From Actinomycetota bacterium (GTDB lineage: Bacteria > Actinomycetota > Actinomycetes > Actinomycetales > Microbacteriaceae): a DNA stretch of 60,118 nucleotides. Below the pieces are notes generated by a model. It made no database searches, was not told where the DNA came from, and saw only the letters and a program-made list of their open reading frames with translations. The stretch is taken from assembly GCA_041180525.1 (NCBI GenBank), contig JBEGRI010000001.1, forward strand, positions 1 to 60,118. Reading direction: 5' to 3'. Within the stretch, counting starts at the first letter, position 1. Each line of letters starts with the position of its first letter. Positions 30,979 through 38,875 of the stretch are shown here, one piece after another. Position numbers and translations under genes: made by a program.

Positions 30979-31245
30979 TTACTTCTTTTCTTCAGCCATT
31001 CTTTTGGCGCGAATAAAGCGAACACCTAAAATCATTGCAACTGGCATTCCAAGCATGGTTACGCTCCAGATCCAGTAGTCGTTATAGCTAAGACCGACCC
31101 AGGTCAAAATGATCCAAGCTAGGAAGCCGAAGCCCCAAGCAATTGCAGGAGCAAGAAGGTTGCCAAAATATTCTTTACCGCTTAGCAGGTAAGGTGCCAT
31201 CAGTCCCAGCAACGCACCATAAATAAGAATGAATACGATTTCCAT
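30979..31245 (-). CDS. Small hypothetical membrane protein (3 TM)
   Basis: Hydrophobic 88-aa ORF coupled to DUF3107 (TAATG overlap). Confidence 0.65.
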   Translation of the reverse strand: MEIVFILIYGALLGLMAPYLLSGKEYFGNLLAPAIAWGFGFLAWIILTWVGLSYNDYWIWSVTMLGMPVAMILGVRFIRAKRMAEEKK

Positions 31246-31469
31246 TAGGCAATAAATCCTACTCTTCGGGCTTGATCTGCTCCGATTTCAATGTAAGCCA
31301 AAGCAGTGCTTGGAACAATGAAAAGTCGACCTTTGTCATCGGTGAATTTGATTGATGCTTGGTTGCTAGCTAAAGCGTCGCTGACCATTTTTTCTAACTC
31401 AGCTGAATTCTGGTTAGATTCAAAAGCCAATTCTCGCCCGCTTTCGCGAAGACCAACACGAACTTCCAT
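31245..31469 (-). CDS. DUF3107 family protein
   Basis: MEVRVG..REL..DDKGR..VP..AYIEIG..RRVGF. Confidence 0.88.
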   Translation of the reverse strand: MEVRVGLRESGRELAFESNQNSAELEKMVSDALASNQASIKFTDDKGRLFIVPSTALAYIEIGADQARRVGFIA

Positions 31470-31525
31470 TTCACTACTTTCTTTCAACCACTAGATTACT
31501 TGAGTTTTTTGGCTCAAAAAAGCCA

Positions 31526-32569
31526 CTACTTGTCAATCTCAGGATTTTCGATTGTTTCAATCTGTTCAGTGATAACCGGGATGGGGTTGGTAAAGCTGGA
31601 AGCTTGAGAGATTGGGGTGATAACCTCAGGGTTTGTTGGACTAAGTTCAGTTGGCCGAAGCGAGGGCAAAACTCCTTGAGTTAGTGATTCATTCAACTGA
31701 TTCAGCAGTTCAATAGCCTCCTCAATTTGCTCATCATCGTTGGCTGCTATTGCTTGCAAAAGGTAGCTGGCGAAAGATAATTCGTAGTAAAGATTTGCTC
31801 TTTGCTTTAGGTTCCGATCTGCACGAATTGAACCTTCGTAGGCTAATAAGAGTGCATCTGCAATGGCAGTGTTAGCTTCAGCAAGTAACGAAGCTAAGTC
31901 AACTGCAGGATCGTCAACGCAGAGGTTAGACCAGTTGTTGATACCAATCACCTCAGTGCCATCGGTCAAAAGGCAATCACCGGTTAAACTGCCATGCACT
32001 ACGGATGGCTGATAGCGGAACAAACTAACATCTAAAAGTGCATTTTGCCAACGTTCTAACAAAGCCGAAGGAATTCTTCCAGTTTCCATGGCACGATCAA
32101 ATTCGGCAACGCGTTCACGAACTCGAAGCGCAGGATCATATTCAGGTAAACCAGCATCGATTACTAGTTGCGCAGGAATCGAGTGAATTTTGGCAATTGT
32201 TTGAGCGAGTTTGCCAACTAATAAATCTGTTTCTTTCAATCTAGAGAAATCAACAGGGTTGCCTAAAACATAGTCAAAAGCTAAAGCCTTACGAATAGCT
32301 TTCACAGAAGTCTCACCTAGAAGGGCCGGAATCTTGAAAGGCAAGTCAACGTTTTTTAGCACTCTTAGTGCTCGCACCTCCAAGCCCAGTTCAGTCATGG
32401 CTATCGCCGAATTGGGAGACTTGAACATCACCAGTTGCCCAGAATCTGTGCTCAATAAATGGCTGGTTATCTCTGAACCAGGCACACTTAGGTCTAGAAC
32501 ACTGGTAAAGCGCAAACCGGGCAGCGCATCGGCTGCTAACGCCGCTAAAATCAAGGAAGGTTTACCCAT
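31526..32569 (-). CDS. APH/macrolide-kinase-fold phosphotransferase-like protein with degenerate catalytic motifs
   Basis: E..AL, IAKIH, VVHGSL, INNW, DDPAVDL; divergent from nudC. Confidence 0.75.
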   Translation of the reverse strand: MGKPSLILAALAADALPGLRFTSVLDLSVPGSEITSHLLSTDSGQLVMFKSPNSAIAMTELGLEVRALRVLKNVDLPFKIPALLGETSVKAIRKALAFDYVLGNPVDFSRLKETDLLVGKLAQTIAKIHSIPAQLVIDAGLPEYDPALRVRERVAEFDRAMETGRIPSALLERWQNALLDVSLFRYQPSVVHGSLTGDCLLTDGTEVIGINNWSNLCVDDPAVDLASLLAEANTAIADALLLAYEGSIRADRNLKQRANLYYELSFASYLLQAIAANDDEQIEEAIELLNQLNESLTQGVLPSLRPTELSPTNPEVITPISQASSFTNPIPVITEQIETIENPEIDK

Positions 32570-32632
32570 GTATTTCAGGTTAGAACGCCTAAACGCCCAG
32601 ACCTGTTATCGCCACGCATTAGAAGAAGAAGT

Positions 32633-33580
32633 ATGAACGCGCCCTTGAACCTCCCTTTGGCTCAGCCAGTGATCGCTAGAGATGCTGCTGCTCGGGATGG
32701 GGCAGAGTTATTTGATTTGCTTTGGAGTGAACCAGAAACCAAGATACTCGTCTTATATAACGGTAAAACCTTGCTCGCTGGCAAATCACTCAGGTTATTC
32801 AATACTGATGAAGCTACCGCTGGAAAGTATCGGGTTTATTTAGGTCGAACCAGTGAAGCTTTCGAAGATCTAAAACCTGGAACTGCAGTGGTGCTGTCGG
32901 TTTTAAGCGACAATGCCGCTCATGCTTTAGAACCAGATTCGGCTAACTGGAGTGAACTTAGAAGAACTGGTGCAGGTTTGAGTCCAAGCCATGCAACACT
33001 TTTTACCCAAGCATTGGCTATTCATAACTGGCACGAAACTCACCAATTCTGTCCCGCCTGCGGTGAGCTAACCATTATGAAACAAGGTGGTTGGTCAAGG
33101 TTCTGCATTAGCGAAGACAGAGAACTTTTTCCACGAACCGATGCCGCGGTTATTGTTAGCATCATTGATAACGAAGATCGAATTCTTTTAGGTTCCCAAG
33201 GATCTTGGGAGCAAAATCGCTGGTCGATTTTAGCTGGCTTCGTTGAGGCAGCTGAATCTTTAGAGTCAGCTGTGGTTAGAGAAATGTTTGAGGAATCAGG
33301 TTTGCTCGTAACCGAACCGAAATATCTTGGTTCACAATCTTGGCCATATCCATATTCACTGATGCTCGGCTTCACAGCAAAAGTTAGCGAGGCTAATTCG
33401 GCAGATTCCATCAAAGCTGATGGAATTGAGATTGCGAAGCTGCGTTGGTTCACTCGCGAGGAACTGAAAGCAGAGGCGAAACAACTTAGGTTACCGACTC
33501 GCATCTCCATCGCTAGAGCGATGATCGAATATTGGCTTGGCGAGAGCATTGAAACAGCGACAGAACTTGAGGGTAAGTAA
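32633..33580 (+). CDS. nudC: NADH pyrophosphatase
   Basis: FCPACG, FPRTD, Nudix box GFVEAAESLESAVVREMFEESG, SQSWPYP. Confidence 0.93.
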   Translation: MNAPLNLPLAQPVIARDAAARDGAELFDLLWSEPETKILVLYNGKTLLAGKSLRLFNTDEATAGKYRVYLGRTSEAFEDLKPGTAVVLSVLSDNAAHALEPDSANWSELRRTGAGLSPSHATLFTQALAIHNWHETHQFCPACGELTIMKQGGWSRFCISEDRELFPRTDAAVIVSIIDNEDRILLGSQGSWEQNRWSILAGFVEAAESLESAVVREMFEESGLLVTEPKYLGSQSWPYPYSLMLGFTAKVSEANSADSIKADGIEIAKLRWFTREELKAEAKQLRLPTRISIARAMIEYWLGESIETATELEGK

Positions 33581-35247
33581 TGCTGCCCGAGGCAGAAGCA
33601 GTTTTGGATGCTTTGGATCAGAAGCAGCGTGAAGCTGCTGAAAGTTTGCATGGCCCGACGGTAATCCTGGCTGGTGCCGGGACTGGCAAAACTAGAACCA
33701 TCACTCACCGCATCGCCTATGGAATCATTCGTGGTGATTACACCGAGAGTAAAGTGCTAGCCCTGACCTATACAAACAAGGCGGCCGGTGAACTCAGAGC
33801 ACGACTAAGAGCACTTGGCATCTATTCTGCCAATGCTAAAACTTTTCACTCGGCTGCCTTGGCTCAACTGGAGTACTTTTTTAGAACCCTCTATGGAACA
33901 ACCCCACCTAGAATTCAAGAATCTAAAGCTAGGACTATCACGACAGCAGCAACCGAGCTGAAAATCAAATTGGATCCAAATACGATAAGAGATCTTGCCA
34001 GTGAAATTGAATGGCGAAAATATTCGCTGTTGAGTTTAGAAGAATACGCAACACAAGTTGGTTTACGTCCGGTTGCTGGTTTGGCCCCAAATAAGAATCT
34101 AGAAATCCAAGAACTTTACGAGAAGCTCAATCTCAAGAATAAGCAAATGGATTGGGAGGATGTGATTTTGCTCTGCAGCGGAATGCTAAGAGCCGAGCCT
34201 GGAGCCTTAGCCCATTTTCAGCAGCAGTATCGCTTTTTCACAGTTGATGAATATCAAGACATTTCCCCATTACAACAAGATCTTCTGGATACTTGGCTCG
34301 GCGACCGCTCCGATATATGCGTTGTTGGCGACCCAAACCAAACTATCTACTCTTTCACTGGAGCCAGCTCAAGTTATCTAGAGACTTTTAGCTATCGCTA
34401 TCCTCAAGCAAACATAATCTCGCTTACCAATAACTACCGTTCAAATCCAGAAATAATCTCTTTAGCTAACAAAGTTAGGCTGAATCCAACCATGGATGCA
34501 CTTGAGGCGGTTAGGCCAACCGGAGCAGCTCCTGAGATTCTCGAGTTTGAAAACAAAGCTGCTGAAATTGGTTGGGTCGCAACCAGAATTAAACAACTGA
34601 TTCAACAAGGAGTAAAAGCATCACAGATAGCGGTGTTATATCGAATCAATAGCCAATCGGAACTGATTGAACAAGCGCTTAGAGAGAATGCCATTACTCA
34701 TCAGGTGCGCGGTGGTCAAAGATATTTCAACCGTCCTGAAATACTTTCCGCAATAAGACTGGTCAGGGCAGAAGCTGCCAGCCCAAGTCCGAAACCGCTT
34801 TATGAAAGTATCACAGCCATAGTCAGAGCACTCGGCTGGCAGTCAGTACCACCAACAACAGAGAAAGAATTAGAAACCTGGGAAGCGCTGAACCATTTTG
34901 TTCAGATTGCAGACGAGCTTGGTGAGGCAGCAACAATAGTTAACTTTGCCACTGAGATAGACGAGCGAGCGAGGAGCCAGCATGAGCCTGTTCGCGAAGC
35001 GGTAACTCTTAGCACAATTCACGCAGCCAAAGGTTTGGAGTATCAACACGTTTTTATTGTTGCTGCGACCGAAGGCTATATTCCAATCAGCTATGCCAAA
35101 ACCGAAGCTGAATTAGCGGAAGAGCAAAGACTTTTCTATGTTGCTATCACTAGAGCAAAAGATCGCTTGGCCATTACTTGGGCTAAGCAAGATTTAGAGT
35201 TCAATCGGGTAAACACACCGAGTCGATTCTTAAACCTGCTCAAGTAA
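33580..35247 (+). CDS. UvrD/REP family helicase (UvrD2-like, no HRDC domain)
   Basis: AGAGTGKT, VDEYQD, VGDPNQTIY, NYRS, STIHAAKGLE, YVAITRA. Confidence 0.92.
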   Translation: MLPEAEAVLDALDQKQREAAESLHGPTVILAGAGTGKTRTITHRIAYGIIRGDYTESKVLALTYTNKAAGELRARLRALGIYSANAKTFHSAALAQLEYFFRTLYGTTPPRIQESKARTITTAATELKIKLDPNTIRDLASEIEWRKYSLLSLEEYATQVGLRPVAGLAPNKNLEIQELYEKLNLKNKQMDWEDVILLCSGMLRAEPGALAHFQQQYRFFTVDEYQDISPLQQDLLDTWLGDRSDICVVGDPNQTIYSFTGASSSYLETFSYRYPQANIISLTNNYRSNPEIISLANKVRLNPTMDALEAVRPTGAAPEILEFENKAAEIGWVATRIKQLIQQGVKASQIAVLYRINSQSELIEQALRENAITHQVRGGQRYFNRPEILSAIRLVRAEAASPSPKPLYESITAIVRALGWQSVPPTTEKELETWEALNHFVQIADELGEAATIVNFATEIDERARSQHEPVREAVTLSTIHAAKGLEYQHVFIVAATEGYIPISYAKTEAELAEEQRLFYVAITRAKDRLAITWAKQDLEFNRVNTPSRFLNLLK

Positions 35248-36289
35248 TTTCAAGGCATAGACATAACTCGTGTTTGTTGAATCTAAGTCGTTGAACATTT
35301 CCGGTTGAATACTCCAGAAGGTAACCTTCAAGGTATTCTTCCGAGTCGGTTGCTTTAAATTTAAAACCGGCTTGCTCATCCAGATCTCTAAGAATAGTTC
35401 TGGTTGCCAAACCAACTGCTGTGGTAAGCGCACTAGCGTCATCTCTAAACCTAGGTAAACCTAGAAGCTGACTTGCAATAATTGGCCAGTTCTCATCTTC
35501 ATCGACGAGGTGTTCTTGAAAGCAATTCAAGCAAGCAGTTTCACCTGGAATTATCAATGGTGAGATCAAAGTGTTTTCAGAATTGAAACAGATACCAAGA
35601 TGACGAACATCTCTTGAAAGCCACCGAGAATACGTTCTTGGATTAAAAGCCAAGTGCCCAACAGTGATGGCAAAACTTATTCTTTGATTTGGTTTAATCT
35701 CATTCGCGCAAATAAGTCTTGGTCTTGAATCTGAAACCAAGGACAATTCAGCCAAGATTTGATTGGCAACCTGAACTCTATTTTTTCCAAGTGAATTCGC
35801 TGGAAAACCCAGTTCACCCAGATCTGTGTTGAGAATCACCCCATCGTCATGGCTGATAATCTTGCCAACCCCAGATGCCAATAAAGCTTTGGCTAGCAAT
35901 AGTCCCGTCTTATCTATCTGGTCGATGTGTATTACTCGATGCCATCGCTCAGCCAAGACCATTTCACCGTTGACCTGATAATCCAAAGAAGCTCTAGCCA
36001 TTTCAGCAAAACCCAGTTCAACCCAAGAACCTCTGCTGGTTGGTTGATCTTGTTCCAGAACTGGTTGCAGTTTTTCTAAAAGTTTGGCGGTTTCAGCTTT
36101 AGTTACCCCAATGCTTTGCTCAATAACATCCAGTTGACCCGCAACAATCCCGCTATAAAGAGCCGTAATCATTTTTTGTTCTTCGAGGCTAACTTCTGGC
36201 AACTGTATTTGTTTCGCCCCAAGCCCAATAGCTAGCGTGCTTGGAGTCAGCCAAATCGAGGGGACCGCTTTATTTATGCGATGGAACAC
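35240..36289 (-). CDS. ThiF/E1-like protein of the TOMM leader-binding type (Rv3196-like)
   Basis: LLASGVG..D..LG, PLIIPGETACLNC..D..D..WP and C-terminal HELCLC motifs. Confidence 0.68.
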   Translation of the reverse strand: MFHRINKAVPSIWLTPSTLAIGLGAKQIQLPEVSLEEQKMITALYSGIVAGQLDVIEQSIGVTKAETAKLLEKLQPVLEQDQPTSRGSWVELGFAEMARASLDYQVNGEMVLAERWHRVIHIDQIDKTGLLLAKALLASGVGKIISHDDGVILNTDLGELGFPANSLGKNRVQVANQILAELSLVSDSRPRLICANEIKPNQRISFAITVGHLAFNPRTYSRWLSRDVRHLGICFNSENTLISPLIIPGETACLNCFQEHLVDEDENWPIIASQLLGLPRFRDDASALTTAVGLATRTILRDLDEQAGFKFKATDSEEYLEGYLLEYSTGNVQRLRFNKHELCLCLEIT

Positions 36290-36329
36290 AGAGTTATTTT
36301 CAGCAGTTTTTGCTAACTCTGCTTAAGTT

Positions 36330-37670
36330 CTACACATCACCGAGCAAATCTTTTAGAGCCTGGTCCATGGCATCGCCGATACCTAAATCGTTTTTCACTC
36401 TGGAAACGAACTTCACCTGATTGTCAATATCCTCCGCGGTCGGTAAGAAATCTGGATGATCCCAAAGCGCATCGCGTTTTTCTTTACCGACTGCATTGGT
36501 TATCGCTTGCCAAAGTGCTGAAGCTTCGCGCATGCGCTTTGGTCGCAACTCAAGACCGACCAATGCTTGGAAGGTTTGCTCGGCTGGGCCGCCGGTTGCT
36601 CTTCTTCTGCGAACCGCTTCACGAATTGCTTCACCTTTTGGTAAACGTTTAGCGGCTTCGCTGGTGACTGCATCAACCCAACCTTCTATCAAAGCTAGGT
36701 TGGTTTCAATGATGTTCAGTGCCACTTGTTGGCTTTCAGAACGTGGCGATAAGAAAGCACCAGATTCTAAAGCAGCTTGCAACTCATTGGGATTACTTGG
36801 ATCAAAGTCTTCACTAATTTCTTGCATTCTAGAAGTGTCAACAGTAATACCAGAGGCGTATTCACGAATCTGACTAACTATTTTTTCTCTCAACCATGAA
36901 GAATGTTTGAATAATCTGATGTGTGCTAGTTCTCTTAAAACAAGATAAATGTATGCTTGGTCAGAATCTTTACCTAACTCTAGACTTTGAACAAAGTCGG
37001 TCAGGTTTTGTAAAACAAAAGCTGGTCTTTGCTCAACATAAATAGGTAAACCTATTTCAGTTCCGGTTAGCGCTTCTTTAGATAGCGAACCTAAAGCTTG
37101 ACCTAACTGCATGGCGAACATCATCGCTCCAGCGGAGCGCATAATGTCGCTTGCTCCGGCTAAAGATTCAACCATTTCTTCAGGCAGTTGAGATTCGATT
37201 GCTTCAGCCAAACTGCGATTCATTCGATCAGCGACCGGCTCTGCCAGTGCTCTGAACAACGGAAGAGCATCATCAACCCATAATGTTCTGCTCAGCATTT
37301 TTGGCTCAACAGCTATCTCCGCAATGTCTGTTGCCTCATTCAGCCAAAGATTTGAGATGCCATAAGCATCCCTAACTTCGGTTATGTCTTTGCTGTCTAA
37401 AGCGACTTGGCCAACCTTGGCTATTTCTTTAGCTCTAAGCGCTGCAGCTTGCCAATTAACCCCAGAACCATCCGCTGGAGGAGTGGGGATCATGAACGCA
37501 CCTTTAATATTTTCAAAAAGTTTTCTTAGCGACTCATCTGAGCCATCAAAACCACCGGCGGCAGCCAAGGCTTCTGGGTCAAAACCCTGCTTCAGCATCT
37601 CCTCCCAAATGCGTCTGAGTTCCTCCGGATCAGGCTCGCCGGACTCGTTCTTATCTGGAAAATCGTTCAT
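36330..37670 (-). CDS. DUF2342 putative zinc-dependent metalloprotease (Rv3195-like)
   Basis: VNW, QLGQALG, LRELAHIRLF, LALIEGWVD, RRRATGGPAE, LVGLELRP, RDALW.HPD.LPT. Confidence 0.87.
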   Translation of the reverse strand: MNDFPDKNESGEPDPEELRRIWEEMLKQGFDPEALAAAGGFDGSDESLRKLFENIKGAFMIPTPPADGSGVNWQAAALRAKEIAKVGQVALDSKDITEVRDAYGISNLWLNEATDIAEIAVEPKMLSRTLWVDDALPLFRALAEPVADRMNRSLAEAIESQLPEEMVESLAGASDIMRSAGAMMFAMQLGQALGSLSKEALTGTEIGLPIYVEQRPAFVLQNLTDFVQSLELGKDSDQAYIYLVLRELAHIRLFKHSSWLREKIVSQIREYASGITVDTSRMQEISEDFDPSNPNELQAALESGAFLSPRSESQQVALNIIETNLALIEGWVDAVTSEAAKRLPKGEAIREAVRRRRATGGPAEQTFQALVGLELRPKRMREASALWQAITNAVGKEKRDALWDHPDFLPTAEDIDNQVKFVSRVKNDLGIGDAMDQALKDLLGDV

Positions 37671-37786
37671 TGCTTCTTAACGCTAAGGCTAATTCGAACA
37701 TTAGGGAACACACTTTTGGCTTGTTCGCCAATAGCGTTGCTAGCACTTGGTTTTAGCGTTGGCTTGGCTAATTTAGGCTATTAGCA

Positions 37787-38866
37787 ATGACTCTTTTCGA
37801 AGAAAAGCCTAAAAAGAAGCGTTCAATCAAGCGCATAGTAGCTTGGTCGATTGCTGGTCTAATCTGTCTACCTGCACTTATTTTTAGTTCCCTGCCAAGC
37901 CCATACTTGATCGAGCGACCAGGACCTGCTTACGACGTTCTGTCGACCGCCCCAGGCACAAAGATTTTCAACATCTCTGGAACCAAGACTTATCCGACGC
38001 AGGGAAAATTGGATTTGCTCACCATCGTATTCAATGGAACTGCATATGCTGGGGTTTCTTGGCTTCAAGTTGCGCTTTCTCATCTAGATCCTTCAGTGAG
38101 TTTGATTCCAAAAGATTTGGTTTATCCACCAGATAAAGACACTTCACAAATAGATCAAGAAGGTGAAGTGATGATGATTGACTCACAGGCTAGTGCAAAA
38201 GCGGCAGCTCTAAATCTTTTAGGTATTCCATTTGAAAGTCCAGTAAAAGTTACTGCTGTGATTAAAAACTCTGCTGCAGAAGGAAAGCTGAAAGCCGGAG
38301 ATACATTAATCACCGTGAACGGAGAAAAGACCACTGGTTTAGAGCAGATTCGAAAAATTGTTACCGAAAGCCAAGATAAGAAGGCAGTTGTTTTTCTGAT
38401 CGAACGAGCTGGTGTGCAAAAAACAGTTGAGATAACACCAAGAAAAGACAAAGACAAGTATTTGCTTGGAATCTTTGTTGACAATATTCCAGAACTCCCT
38501 TTCAAGATTGATATCAAGTTGGATCAAGTAAGCGGGCCTAGTGGTGGACAGATTTTTGCTTTGGCAATATATGATTTGCTAACGCCAGGATCGCTACTTG
38601 GCAATAACCATGTAGCTGGAACAGGAACTGTTGACCCAGCTGGCAATGTTGGTGCTATCGGCGGTATCAAGCAGAAGATGTATGGAGCTAAAGATGCTGG
38701 AGCACAATATTTCTTAGCTCCTGCAGATAACTGTGATGAAGTTGTCGGAAATATTCCAGATGGAATCAAGGTTTTCAAAGTTGCCACACTGAAAGATTCA
38801 CTCAAAGCGTTAGAAGCAATCAAGGCCGGTAATGTCGCTGGCCTTTCGGTATGCACTACAAAGTAA
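37787..38866 (+). CDS. YlbL-like PDZ + Lon protease domain membrane protein
   Basis: N-terminal TM, PGP motif, PDZ (LKAGD), Lon Ser-Lys dyad GPSGG..GGIKQK, AGTG. Confidence 0.9.
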   Translation: MTLFEEKPKKKRSIKRIVAWSIAGLICLPALIFSSLPSPYLIERPGPAYDVLSTAPGTKIFNISGTKTYPTQGKLDLLTIVFNGTAYAGVSWLQVALSHLDPSVSLIPKDLVYPPDKDTSQIDQEGEVMMIDSQASAKAAALNLLGIPFESPVKVTAVIKNSAAEGKLKAGDTLITVNGEKTTGLEQIRKIVTESQDKKAVVFLIERAGVQKTVEITPRKDKDKYLLGIFVDNIPELPFKIDIKLDQVSGPSGGQIFALAIYDLLTPGSLLGNNHVAGTGTVDPAGNVGAIGGIKQKMYGAKDAGAQYFLAPADNCDEVVGNIPDGIKVFKVATLKDSLKALEAIKAGNVAGLSVCTTK

Positions 38867-38875
38867 AGGAAAATA

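Noticed and set aside
33040-33708. 222-aa antisense ORF across nudC/uvrD2
   Set aside because: Ser-rich shadow of two well-conserved genes, with no motif or translation signal.
35240-36289. TOMM/RiPP biosynthetic cluster
   Set aside because: No YcaO, dehydrogenase, transporter or Cys/Ser/Thr-rich precursor nearby; the gene sits in conserved core synteny.
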